Assembly: GCF_000016745.1 (NCBI RefSeq)
Contig: NC_009483.1
Location: 480,001-512,000, forward strand
Origin: Geotalea uraniireducens Rf4
Lineage (GTDB): Bacteria > Desulfobacterota > Desulfuromonadia > Geobacterales > Geobacteraceae
Length of the DNA: 32,000 nucleotides
Direction of reading: 5' to 3'
Under the pieces are notes generated by a model that was not told the origin of the DNA, made no database searches, and saw only the letters and a list, made by a program, of their open reading frames with translations. A program made the position numbers and the translations under genes. The stretch's first letter is position 1; each line of letters starts with the position of its first letter. Shown here one piece after another: positions 24,400-32,000 of this stretch.

Positions 24400-25813
24400 A
24401 TGTCGGAAAATGCAAAACCGCCGGTTATCAATCCGGAAGATCCCGAGTCCGGCGGATTCATCAAAGAGAGCATCACAGACCGGTTTAGCGAAGGTGGCAC
24501 AACGCTGAAACTTGCGCCTTCTCCCGCGATCAGGGCCTATCCCGGCAAGCTCTTCGTCGAAACCACCACCCGCTGCAAATCTCGGCTGCTTCATGTGCGT
24601 CAAGCAGACCGCCGGCTGCGCCATGACCGAGGGGGAGATGACGCCCGAACGTTTCGCAGCGCTGGAACCGGCCTTTCTCCATCTCGAAGCGCTGGTCCTC
24701 AACGGCATCGGCGAACCGCTCCTCAACCCCGGTCTGGAAGGGTTCATCCGCAGGGCAAGGAGGTCCATGCCGGCAGCGGGGTGGATCGGCTTCCAGTCCA
24801 ACGGCCTGCTGCTCACCGACTCCAGGGCATTTTCCCTGGTGGAGGCCGGTCTCGACAAGATCTGCATCTCCATCGATGCGGCATCACCGGAAACATTCAG
24901 CAAGGTCCGCGAGGGGGGGGATCTTACGGCGATCGATCGTGCCTTTGCGGCTCTGACATTGGCCAGGGAGCGCTGCAACAGGCCGGAAGTTGAGGTGGGG
25001 ATAGAATTCGTGGCGATGCGGAGCAATCTCGGAGAACTTCCCGCCGCGCTCTCCTGGGCCGCTCAACATGGCGCCTCCTTTGCCATCGTCACCCATGTCC
25101 TGCCGTACGATGAACTGCATGCGGTGGAAGCTGCATACACCAGCTGCACCGACGAGGCCATCGCCCTGTTCAATGACTACAAGGCGGAGGCGGAGCGGCA
25201 GGGTCTTGATCTCAGCCGCTGTTTCGAGGCACGCTGGAAGTACGCCAAGAACCCTGAAGAACAGCGGATCATCAATCTTGTGGATGCCATGAAGAACGAG
25301 GCAAAAAGGCGTGACATTTTCATCGACCTGAAAAAGCTCCTCCAGTTGGACAGAGGCAAGATGGAGGAGGTTTCCGCCGTATTTGCAGAGGCCGAGGCAG
25401 TGGCCCGGGAACATGGCCTGGAGCTCCGGCTCCCAGAGGTCACGCTGCGGGAAAATCGCCGCTGCAGTTTCGTCGAGGAAGGAGGGGCGTTCGTCTCCTG
25501 GGAAGGAAATATCTCCCCCTGCTATTTCCTCTGGCACCGCTACAGCTGCTTTGCCAGCAACTGGCAGCAGCAGGTGCAGCCGAAGGTGTTCGGCAACGTG
25601 GAGCAACGGGGCATCCTGGATATCTGGAACGATCCGGCATTCCGCGCCTTTCGCGAAAATGTCCTCGCCTACGATTACCCCAACTGCTCCAGTTGCAGTC
25701 TTGCCCCTTGCGATTATGTCCAGACCGAAGAGTTCCACCAGGACTGCCATATCAAGGAGGTCCCGTGTGGCGCCTGCCTCTGGTGTACAGGGGTGTTCCA
25801 GTGTCTCCGCTAG
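24400..25813 (+). pseudogene. Radical SAM/SPASM-domain enzyme, reading frame broken inside the CX3CX2C motif (+1 in an AAA run)
   Basis: The frame of ORF 24400 gives ...YPGKLFVETTTRC|KSRL. The frame of ORF 24512 gives NLGCFMCVKQTAG...LVLNGIGEPLLNP...QSNGLLL.... Removing one A of 24577-24579 yields FVETTTRCNLGCFMC. The Cys-rich C-terminus (CSFV...GNISPCYF...CSSCSLAPCDY...CGACLWC) is SPASM-like. Confidence 0.8.
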
Positions 25814-25849
25814 CCTGTCGGACTTAGGAATGAATCTACTGCGAGAATG
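25812..25849 (+). repeat. Solo copy of the MITE arm (38 nt, 1 mismatch to 23930-23967)
   Basis: agcctgtcggacttaggaAtgaatctactgcgagaatg versus ...ggaCtg.... Same orientation as the left arm. Overlaps the radical SAM stop codon. Confidence 0.85.
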
Positions 25850-25868
25850 AGTAGGAACGTCATGTGGG

Positions 25869-26555
25869 CTACCACGCCTGCCAGAGGAAATAGCCTCCTG
25901 CCATGGTGATGATCATGCCGCTGACTTTTTTCACTCGGGCGGTAAAATCGGCTATTCCCTTGGCTCTGACGAACGCCTCGACAAAGCCGGTGAAGGTGCC
26001 TGCCAGCAGCATGAGGAGGCAGTGGCCGACGGCATAGGTAAAGAGGAGGGCCATGCCGTAGAGGACCTGCCTCTTGCCGGCGACGAAGGTGAGGATTACG
26101 ACCAGGACAGGCGTGGCGCAGGGTGACGAGACGACGCCGAAGAAGAGTCCGAGGAGGAACGAGCCAATAATGCCGCCCTGCTTTGGCTTGTAGTCCCGTC
26201 GGATGGGCAAGCGAATTTCGTAGAAACCCATCATCTGCCCTCCCATCACCAGCGCCACGACCCCGGCGGCCATGTACCACCAGCCGCCCAACGTGCCGAA
26301 CATGGTGCCCAGCAGTCCGGCGGCAGCACCAAATGCCGTGAAGGTGAGGGAGAGCCCCAGGATGAAGGCCAGTGAGTAGCGAAACGCCTTCCAGCGGTCT
26401 CCCTCGGAATAGCCGCCGACAAAGCCGACTACCAGCGGGATGGTGGCAAGCACGCAGGGGGAGGCCGAGGACAGGACCCCGCCGAGAAATACCGCACCGA
26501 AGGCGATTAGCGGATAGACGGCGATGATCTGTTCGATGTTATCAAGGAAGGTCAT
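25869..26555 (-). CDS. ccdA: CcdA/DsbD-family transmembrane thiol:disulfide electron transporter
   Basis: 228 aa, 6-TM type, with the two conserved Cys motifs SASPCVLATIPLV and SSPCATPVLV. ATGA overlap with the upstream thioredoxin gene. Confidence 0.9.
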   Translation of the reverse strand: MTFLDNIEQIIAVYPLIAFGAVFLGGVLSSASPCVLATIPLVVGFVGGYSEGDRWKAFRYSLAFILGLSLTFTAFGAAAGLLGTMFGTLGGWWYMAAGVVALVMGGQMMGFYEIRLPIRRDYKPKQGGIIGSFLLGLFFGVVSSPCATPVLVVILTFVAGKRQVLYGMALLFTYAVGHCLLMLLAGTFTGFVEAFVRAKGIADFTARVKKVSGMIITMAGGYFLWQAW

Positions 26556-26929
26556 TTCATTCCTGCCGCTTTCAGTTCCTTAACGATATCCGCCTTATCC
26601 ATGAAACCGATGTGGCGCCTGACCTCTTTTCCCTGGGCGTTGAAGAATATCTGGGTCGGGATCATCTGGACACGGAATTTCCGGGCCGCGGCCCGGTCTT
26701 CGTGAACGTCAATGAAAAGCACATGTGCCCTGCCGCGATACTCTCCTGACAACGATTCCAGGATCGGCGCCATTTTCTTGCAGGGGATGCAGGTGCGGGC
26801 GCCGAGATCGATGACAACCGGCTTGCCGGACGCGAACGCCTGCCGGACAGTGGTGTCAGTCGCTGAGGGGAGTTCGGCATGGGAGGTTGCGGCTGCCAGC
26901 AGCAGGGCGGCAACAATCAATTTCCTCAT
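26552..26929 (-). CDS. Secreted thioredoxin-fold protein (TlpA/ResA-like, CIPC active site)
   Basis: From the ATG at 26929: MRKLIVAALLLAAATSHA signal peptide, then ...VVIDLGARTCIPCKKMAPILE...IPTQIFF. The ORF-track N-terminal extension overlaps the upstream gene and is rejected. Confidence 0.85.
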   Translation of the reverse strand: MRKLIVAALLLAAATSHAELPSATDTTVRQAFASGKPVVIDLGARTCIPCKKMAPILESLSGEYRGRAHVLFIDVHEDRAAARKFRVQMIPTQIFFNAQGKEVRRHIGFMDKADIVKELKAAGMK

Positions 26930-27156
26930 GACAGCATCCCCTTGATCTCCCCGACCGATGCCACCTTGCCGGAAAATTTCACCTGTCCGTCGATCACCAA
27001 CGCAGGGGTACACATCACGCCATATTTCATGATCGAAGGGATGTCCTCCACCTTGACCACCTCGGCGCTCTTGCCGTTTTCTTCCAGGGCTATTTTCGTG
27101 TTTTCGTAAAACCTCTTGCACTTGGCGCATCCGGTTCCCAATACTTCGATCTTCAT
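26926..27156 (-). CDS. Thioredoxin_3-type small redox-active disulfide protein (CAKC)
   Basis: 76 aa. MKIEVLGTGCAKCKRFYENTK...GVMCTPALVIDGQVKFSGKV is typical of 'redox-active disulfide protein 2', a family usually found beside COG0701-type permeases. Confidence 0.88.
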   Translation of the reverse strand: MKIEVLGTGCAKCKRFYENTKIALEENGKSAEVVKVEDIPSIMKYGVMCTPALVIDGQVKFSGKVASVGEIKGMLS

Positions 27157-27193
27157 GATTGCTTCTCCTTTTCGCTGATTTTTCTTTTCAGCA

Positions 27194-27664
27194 TTATTTT
27201 GTTTTTGCCTTGTTCATATCTTCCATAAAGTCCTTGGCCCGTTCACCCCGCAACAGTTCCGCCAGGCCGATCAGGCCATCCGTGAGATATTTGGCGTCAT
27301 AGCCTTTGCTCCGCAGATAGGCCATGGCAATCGCGGAACGGTCCTTGTGGGGACAGGCAGCAACGATGATCTTGTCCTTGGGCAGTTCCCCGATTCGTCG
27401 AGGGAGCTCATTCAGCGGAATGTTCAGGGCAAAACCGGTGTGCCAGGCGGCTACCTCTTCCTTGAACCGCACGTCTACCAGTATCGCCTTGCCGGTGGTG
27501 AGCAGGGGGACAAGCCCCTTGCTGTCGATCTTCATGTCATCACGCACTTCGTAGTCGAAACGACCGAGAAATGTCTCGAATTCCGATGCAACTGCAAAGA
27601 TGGTTGTGGGATAAAGTTGCAGAGTCATCAGCGTCATAAAAACAATCATCACAAAGCGTTTCAA
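27194..27664 (-). CDS. Secreted single-domain rhodanese (sulfurtransferase)
   Basis: 156 aa. N-terminal signal/anchor sequence, ...AILVDVR...EVAAWHTGFALNIPL... and the active-site loop ACPHKDRS. Confidence 0.8.
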   Translation of the reverse strand: MKRFVMIVFMTLMTLQLYPTTIFAVASEFETFLGRFDYEVRDDMKIDSKGLVPLLTTGKAILVDVRFKEEVAAWHTGFALNIPLNELPRRIGELPKDKIIVAACPHKDRSAIAMAYLRSKGYDAKYLTDGLIGLAELLRGERAKDFMEDMNKAKTK

Positions 27665-27675
27665 GGTTCTCCTCC

Positions 27676-28635
27676 TTACAATATGGCATTGAACAGATAG
27701 CCGACGATGACGATAGCGGTCGTCACGATGCCGAAGAAAGTCGCGAGGAGCGGTTTCTTAAGAACGTTACTCAGAATGACCGCTTCCGGCAATGATAGTG
27801 CCGTTACCGCCATCATGAACGCCAGCACGGTGCCGATGGCCATTCCCTTTTCCATGAGGGCGTGGACGATGGGAATCACCCCGGCGGCGTTTGAGTAGAG
27901 AGGAACTCCCAGCGCCACTGCCACCGGCACGGCGAAGGGGTTGTCCCGCCCCGCCCAGCGGGCCAGGAAGTCCTGCGGCACATAGCCGTGGATGAAGGCG
28001 CCCACCCCAACCCCGATAACCACATACGGCCAGATCTTCTTCAGGAGCCCCAGGGTATACTCCTGGGCGTAGTCGAGCTTCTGGCGGAAGTTCATGACAG
28101 TGATCTTTCCATTGCCCACCTGCATCTGCCAGACATATTCCTGGACGTACTTCTCCATCTTCAGCTTGCCGATGACGATGCCGGCTACGATGGCAACCAG
28201 TAGGCCGGTGCCGATGTAAATCAGGGCAATCTTCCAGCCGAAAAGCCCCCAGAGCATGATCAGCGCCACCTCGTTGACCATGGGAGAGGATATCAGGAAG
28301 GAGAAGGTCACGCCCAACGGAACACCGGACTCGACGAAACCGATGAAGAGCGGCACCGCCGAACAGGAACAGAAAGGGGTGACGATTCCCAGCAGTGCAG
28401 CCAGCAGATTGCCGACGTATTTCCGTTTGTGGGAGAGGATACGCTTGGTCTTTTCCGGAGGAAACGAGGAACGGATGATCGCTACCACGAAAATGATCGT
28501 GGTGAGAAGCAGGAATATCTTTAGTGTGTCGTAGATGAAGAAATTGAGCGCTTCGCCCGAGCGGGAACCCGGAACGAGGCCAATGAGGGTGAAGACGATG
28601 TAGTCGGCAAAGCTTTTTAGCATGTCATACTCCAT
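27676..28635 (-). CDS. COG0701/ArsP-like permease
   Basis: 319 aa polytopic membrane protein with the conserved TPFCSCSAVPLF motif and a duplicated-half architecture. Confidence 0.85.
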   Translation of the reverse strand: MEYDMLKSFADYIVFTLIGLVPGSRSGEALNFFIYDTLKIFLLLTTIIFVVAIIRSSFPPEKTKRILSHKRKYVGNLLAALLGIVTPFCSCSAVPLFIGFVESGVPLGVTFSFLISSPMVNEVALIMLWGLFGWKIALIYIGTGLLVAIVAGIVIGKLKMEKYVQEYVWQMQVGNGKITVMNFRQKLDYAQEYTLGLLKKIWPYVVIGVGVGAFIHGYVPQDFLARWAGRDNPFAVPVAVALGVPLYSNAAGVIPIVHALMEKGMAIGTVLAFMMAVTALSLPEAVILSNVLKKPLLATFFGIVTTAIVIVGYLFNAIL

Positions 28636-28688
28636 GAGTGTCTGATCGATTACTCACTTAATGAGACAAAAAAATTACCCCGAGGCGA

Positions 28689-29003
28689 TTATATCGCCTT
28701 CAGAAGCTTGTGCCGACCGGTGATCTCGTGCGTCATGATCCGGGCGGCCAAGTCGACGATCTCCAGCACTTCCGGGTGCTTGATGGCGTAGAAGATTTTC
28801 AAACCATCCTTGCGCCTTGAGAGTATCCCGCTTGCCAGCATCATATTGAGATGCCGGGAGGTGTTGGACTGCTCCTCGCCGATGGCGGGGAAGATCTCGC
28901 AGACGCACCGTTCACCGTCGCGGAGGAAGTCGATGATTTTTAGTCGGGTCGGTTGGGCCAGGGCCTTCAAAATATCAGCACGTATAGTTGCCGTGTCGTT
29001 CAT
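28689..29003 (-). CDS. arsR: ArsR/SmtB-family metalloregulator
   Basis: 104 aa. ...LKALAQPTRLKIIDFLRDGERCVCEI...SNTSRHLNMMLASGIL..., a winged HTH with a CVC sensing motif. Confidence 0.92.
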   Translation of the reverse strand: MNDTATIRADILKALAQPTRLKIIDFLRDGERCVCEIFPAIGEEQSNTSRHLNMMLASGILSRRKDGLKIFYAIKHPEVLEIVDLAARIMTHEITGRHKLLKAI

Positions 29004-29027
29004 GGTAACTCCAATAATGTATGACTA

Positions 29028-29062
29028 TATATGCATATAGTGTGGTTATCTCTTTTTGTCAA
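29028..29062 (-). promoter_or_regulatory. Near-consensus promoter TTGACA-17-TATATG with its -10 inside the perfect palindrome TATATGCATATA (putative ArsR operator)
   Basis: Minus-strand reading: ttgaca(29062-29057) aaaagagataaccacac tatatg(29039-29034). The palindrome is at 29028-29039. A GGAG SD precedes the arsR ATG. Confidence 0.55.
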
Positions 29063-29072
29063 CACAAAATTC

Positions 29073-29345
29073 TTAGCTTCGTTCCAGCTTCTCTTTCAGA
29101 TACGCGGTGAACGCCTCCTCGTCCGGAAAGGTGATCGCTCCGGCAGGGCAGAGCCGGGCGCAGGTCCGACACTCCACTACGCAGTTGAAGGGGGTTTTCA
29201 CTGTAGCTTTCCCTGTAGTCTCATCCATGGCGAGCACGTCGTTTTTGCAGAAGTCGACGCAGGTGCGGCAGCTGATACATTTCTCCGCGTCAATGGTCGG
29301 ATACCAGGGAATTTCCTCTCTTTGAATGCCGCGCCACTCTTTCAT
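29073..29345 (-). CDS. 4Fe-4S dicluster ferredoxin-domain protein
   Basis: From the ATG at 29345 (MKEWRGIQREEIPWYPTIDAEKCISCRTCVDFC...CVVECRTCARLCP). About 90 aa. Confidence 0.8.
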   Translation of the reverse strand: MKEWRGIQREEIPWYPTIDAEKCISCRTCVDFCKNDVLAMDETTGKATVKTPFNCVVECRTCARLCPAGAITFPDEEAFTAYLKEKLERS

Positions 29346-29358
29346 GGCGCACCCCTTT

Positions 29359-29718
29359 TCATGGGTTGTTTGCCGCCAGTTCCTTGATGGCCGCCACAGC
29401 CTCTTCGGTAGTCTTGTTACGGATGTCGAGGGGGATATGGTTTGCCTTGTCAAAACTCACTGCCTCGAAGGCGTCCCGGAACATCTTGCTCTGCATCTGC
29501 GGGTCGCAGGCGGCGATGTAGAGCTTATCCGTCTCGCCGCCGGAGAGAAGCACCTTCAGGAACTCCTCGCCGTCACCTACGCAGAGTTGCGGGTGGAGGC
29601 AGACGTAGTCGAAAATCTTCTCCCGCCGCACGTCGGAGAGGACTGCGAAGATGTCCATCTTGGTGAAACTCGGACAGGTGCCCTGGCAGACGCAGAGAAT
29701 GAACCCTTTCTTTCCCAT
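29359..29718 (-). CDS. Hypothetical Cys-rich protein (CVCQGTC ... HPQLC ... AAC), possible Fe-S/redox protein
   Basis: From the ATG at 29718 (MGKKGFILCVCQGTCPSF...). About 119 aa, upstream of and co-directional with the ferredoxin gene. I cannot place the family with confidence. Confidence 0.5.
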   Translation of the reverse strand: MGKKGFILCVCQGTCPSFTKMDIFAVLSDVRREKIFDYVCLHPQLCVGDGEEFLKVLLSGGETDKLYIAACDPQMQSKMFRDAFEAVSFDKANHIPLDIRNKTTEEAVAAIKELAANNP

Positions 29719-29813
29719 GATGACCCCCTTCGTTAAGTGGATCTTATGATACATCGTGAGTATATCGCTATCTACTCATTCATCAAGACAAATAAAGGTT
29801 AGCGACTGACTGG

Positions 29814-30764
29814 CTAGAAAATGGCAGGAGGAGGGGGCTGAGAAATAGTGGTTTCTAATTCTGGCAAGGTCAAAGAAAACGCTGAAAAAATACAGCCAAT
29901 AAAGTTCATTAGATTCGTGTCTATCTGTTTTGCATGAGGTACTACAAGCGTCCTGTTTCTGTTGTGTCGGAAACCTTCAACGCGATGCACCCGGAGTGAA
30001 CCATTATCCAGGTATTTATCCACAACGCTTCTGGATATAAAAGCGATTCCTTCACCATCCAGTACTGCCTGGATAATAAGATGGAGGTCATCATAGATGA
30101 TGATCTGTTTAAACTCCTGGCTGTCCCTCCCGACATTCTGCATATTGCTATCGAGAAAAATCTTGGAACAGCAACCCTCATTTCTGCTGTAAAGACGTTG
30201 CTGCACGAGGATATCAAGATCTGCAACGGCAGATTCAATCCCGAGAGACGGCGCGCTGACAAAGATCATCTCGTCGTCGGGGAGAGGGAATGTCAAAACC
30301 TCTTTGAGGTCGAGGCAGGCGCAGTGCTCAATGACCGCCAGATCGAAAAGATGTTCCTTTAATCCTTTGACGACCTTGTCCGGCATGTCAAAGAAAAATT
30401 TCAGATTGTTCAGGTCGGCATTATGCATCATGAATTCCTTAAGAACGCTAGATAAATAAGCGATTCCGAAGGCCGGCGTGCAACAGAAAGATATCCTCGG
30501 TTTGTTGCCCATTTCGGTTAATCCGTGCAGCAGTTCCTGTTCAATCTCCAGAAGTTTCTTTGCTTTATCGAAAACCAGACTGCCGGCTTGAGTCGGTTTT
30601 AGAACTGGACCGGAACGATCCAGCAACGGATAGCCATACTGATCCTCTAGAAATTTGATCCGGCGCGAAGCTGCAGAAGGACTGACACAGAGGTTTTCCG
30701 CCGCTTTGGAAAGGCTGCCGGTCTTGACCGCCTCGATTAACGTTTTGAGATAGATGGATTCCAT
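29814..30764 (-). CDS. LysR-family transcriptional regulator
   Basis: From the ATG at 30764: MESIYLKTLIEAVKTGSLSKAAENLCVSPSAASRRIKFLEDQYGYPLLDRSG... is a LysR HTH, followed by a substrate-binding domain. Confidence 0.9.
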   Translation of the reverse strand: MESIYLKTLIEAVKTGSLSKAAENLCVSPSAASRRIKFLEDQYGYPLLDRSGPVLKPTQAGSLVFDKAKKLLEIEQELLHGLTEMGNKPRISFCCTPAFGIAYLSSVLKEFMMHNADLNNLKFFFDMPDKVVKGLKEHLFDLAVIEHCACLDLKEVLTFPLPDDEMIFVSAPSLGIESAVADLDILVQQRLYSRNEGCCSKIFLDSNMQNVGRDSQEFKQIIIYDDLHLIIQAVLDGEGIAFISRSVVDKYLDNGSLRVHRVEGFRHNRNRTLVVPHAKQIDTNLMNFIGCIFSAFSLTLPELETTISQPPPPAIF

Positions 30765-30799
30765 GACTTTAAAAAGCTCCCTGTGCGCATTACGCAAAG

Positions 30800-32000
30800 C
30801 ATCGTGAGAATCATTCGCTTTATTTTTATCAGTAACTTCCGGTTAGGTTTTTGCACGACGTTTCTTACGTTTCAACTGTCTAATTTTGTTTGAGTTACCT
30901 TGTATTCTTGTGCGACGGCTCTGCTGTTCGGCTGCTGCTTCATTTGCAATCTGATTGCGTAATTCTCGTACCCTGCTAATGCTGACTGGCTCCTGGTGCT
31001 GCTCACGGCAATAGATGGCTAGCAGCAGATAGGTGATGAGACCACCAAGTATTTGAACCATGAGACCATATTCGCTTCTGGCAATCAGGTGATACACCTT
31101 TAGGTGGCGTTTCCACCAACCGAAGAAGGTCTCTATGTTCCAGCGCAGTTTATAAACCTGGGCCACTTCTTCAGCCGTCAGGTCGTATCTGTTGGTTGCT
31201 ACCCAGTAGTCCTTGCCGTCAATACGGTAACCAACAAGGCGCAGCTCTTTCTCAGTCTGGTTTATACCTTTGGTGCCGAGAAGTACTATCTGGTCATAGA
31301 AGACAATACTGTCAGGATTTACGGCATTCTCTCTGATGACGGTTTTGTGTGTATTCTCCCTGATACGGCAGACAAAAAACTTCTCGGCGGCCTGCCACTG
31401 GTCAAAGTGATTATGAGACTGATACCCACGATCCATGACACCGGTTTCGCCTTTGTCGATGATCTTATCAACAAAGGGGCGCTCACCCTCTTTACCGTCG
31501 GTCAGGAATATCTTCCTTGGAATACCACGGTTGATATCGAAGCCGATATGGGCCTTGGCCTTCTTAGAGCCGCTTCGGTAATCTGCCCATTCCATAGATA
31601 GAACAGCATCTATCAAAGAACCGTCTATGGATACCAGATTGCCAAGGTGAGCATATTCATCGGGAAGCACTCTGCCTGCTTGCTTGACAAGATGCCCGAA
31701 TACCTCGGAAAGCTGTTCAAGACCACGGTTGTTGATTGCCTCAAAGAAAGAGCTCTTTTTGATTCCCTTGGGGGGAGCAACACATTCCTTGGCGAAGTCA
31801 TCCTGATCCAGCGCCTGGAGAAGTTCGCTCCCGGAAGAGAACTCTTCCAAGTGATAAAAGATCAGGGCTTTTAGCTGATCATCGAAAGTCATTTGCAACG
31901 GGCGATACCCCCTGGATTCAAGTTCATTATCTGACTTGAATCTCTCAAAAATCGGGGTAAGAAGCAATTTGAAAGCGCGTGATTTTCGTCTTTGTTTCAG
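30800..32000 (-). mobile_element. IS4-family insertion sequence, partial (boundaries not determined)
   Basis: Transposase gene as above, with lower GC than the flanks. One end must lie between the LysR start (30764) and the transposase stop (30843). The other end is outside the window. Confidence 0.7.
30843..31967 (-). CDS. IS4-family DDE transposase (5' end may extend beyond the window)
   Basis: DGSLID..., VMDRGY..., and the C-terminal YKLRWNIETFFGWWKRHL (YxxRWxIE...K) signature. The frame stays open upstream of the TTG at 31967 to the window edge. Confidence 0.9.
   Translation of the reverse strand: MLLTPIFERFKSDNELESRGYRPLQMTFDDQLKALIFYHLEEFSSGSELLQALDQDDFAKECVAPPKGIKKSSFFEAINNRGLEQLSEVFGHLVKQAGRVLPDEYAHLGNLVSIDGSLIDAVLSMEWADYRSGSKKAKAHIGFDINRGIPRKIFLTDGKEGERPFVDKIIDKGETGVMDRGYQSHNHFDQWQAAEKFFVCRIRENTHKTVIRENAVNPDSIVFYDQIVLLGTKGINQTEKELRLVGYRIDGKDYWVATNRYDLTAEEVAQVYKLRWNIETFFGWWKRHLKVYHLIARSEYGLMVQILGGLITYLLLAIYCREQHQEPVSISRVRELRNQIANEAAAEQQSRRTRIQGNSNKIRQLKRKKRRAKT

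Overview
This is a high-GC bacterial chromosomal window. Its gene content and repeat types fit a Geobacter-like (Desulfuromonadales) genome, but that assignment is inference only.

Left third, minus strand: a caa3-type cytochrome c oxidase cluster (sco1-coxB ... coxA-coxC-coxD-ctaA-ctaB). It is split between coxB and coxA by a ~2 kb accessory islet carrying higBA, yjdM/phnA and an MNT-HEPN pair. All three cox intercistronic spacers contain 7-8 nt tandem repeats arranged as hairpins.

Middle, plus strand: a DUF2007 gene and a complete bacterial V/A-type ATPase operon (G-I-K-E-C-F-A-B-D). Between atpA and atpB sits a soluble PAS-PAS histidine kinase plus a ~145 bp G/C-tract repeat.

Right half, in order:
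- an AT-rich islet with a class II Fic protein, then MscS and MobB;
- a small redox/nitrosative-stress group (ferredoxin, rubrerythrin-like protein, PAS fragment, YtfE/RIC);
- a cluster of repeats (MITE-like palindrome, second copy of the G/C-tract repeat);
- an orphan radical SAM/SPASM gene bracketed by repeat copies;
- a tightly packed ArsR-headed six-gene cluster (permease, periplasmic rhodanese, two thioredoxin-fold proteins, CcdA) behind a near-consensus promoter/operator. This is the most interesting candidate for an uncharacterised system;
- two Fe-S/Cys-rich genes, a LysR regulator and an IS4-family transposase at the window edge.

I recognised no rRNA, tRNA or CRISPR.

Three genes (ctaB 5' end, HEPN, radical SAM) have reading frames that deleting one base from a short mononucleotide run would restore. 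That could be real pseudogenisation or a sequencing artefact. Many long ORFs in the track are antisense artefacts of high GC content and were rejected.
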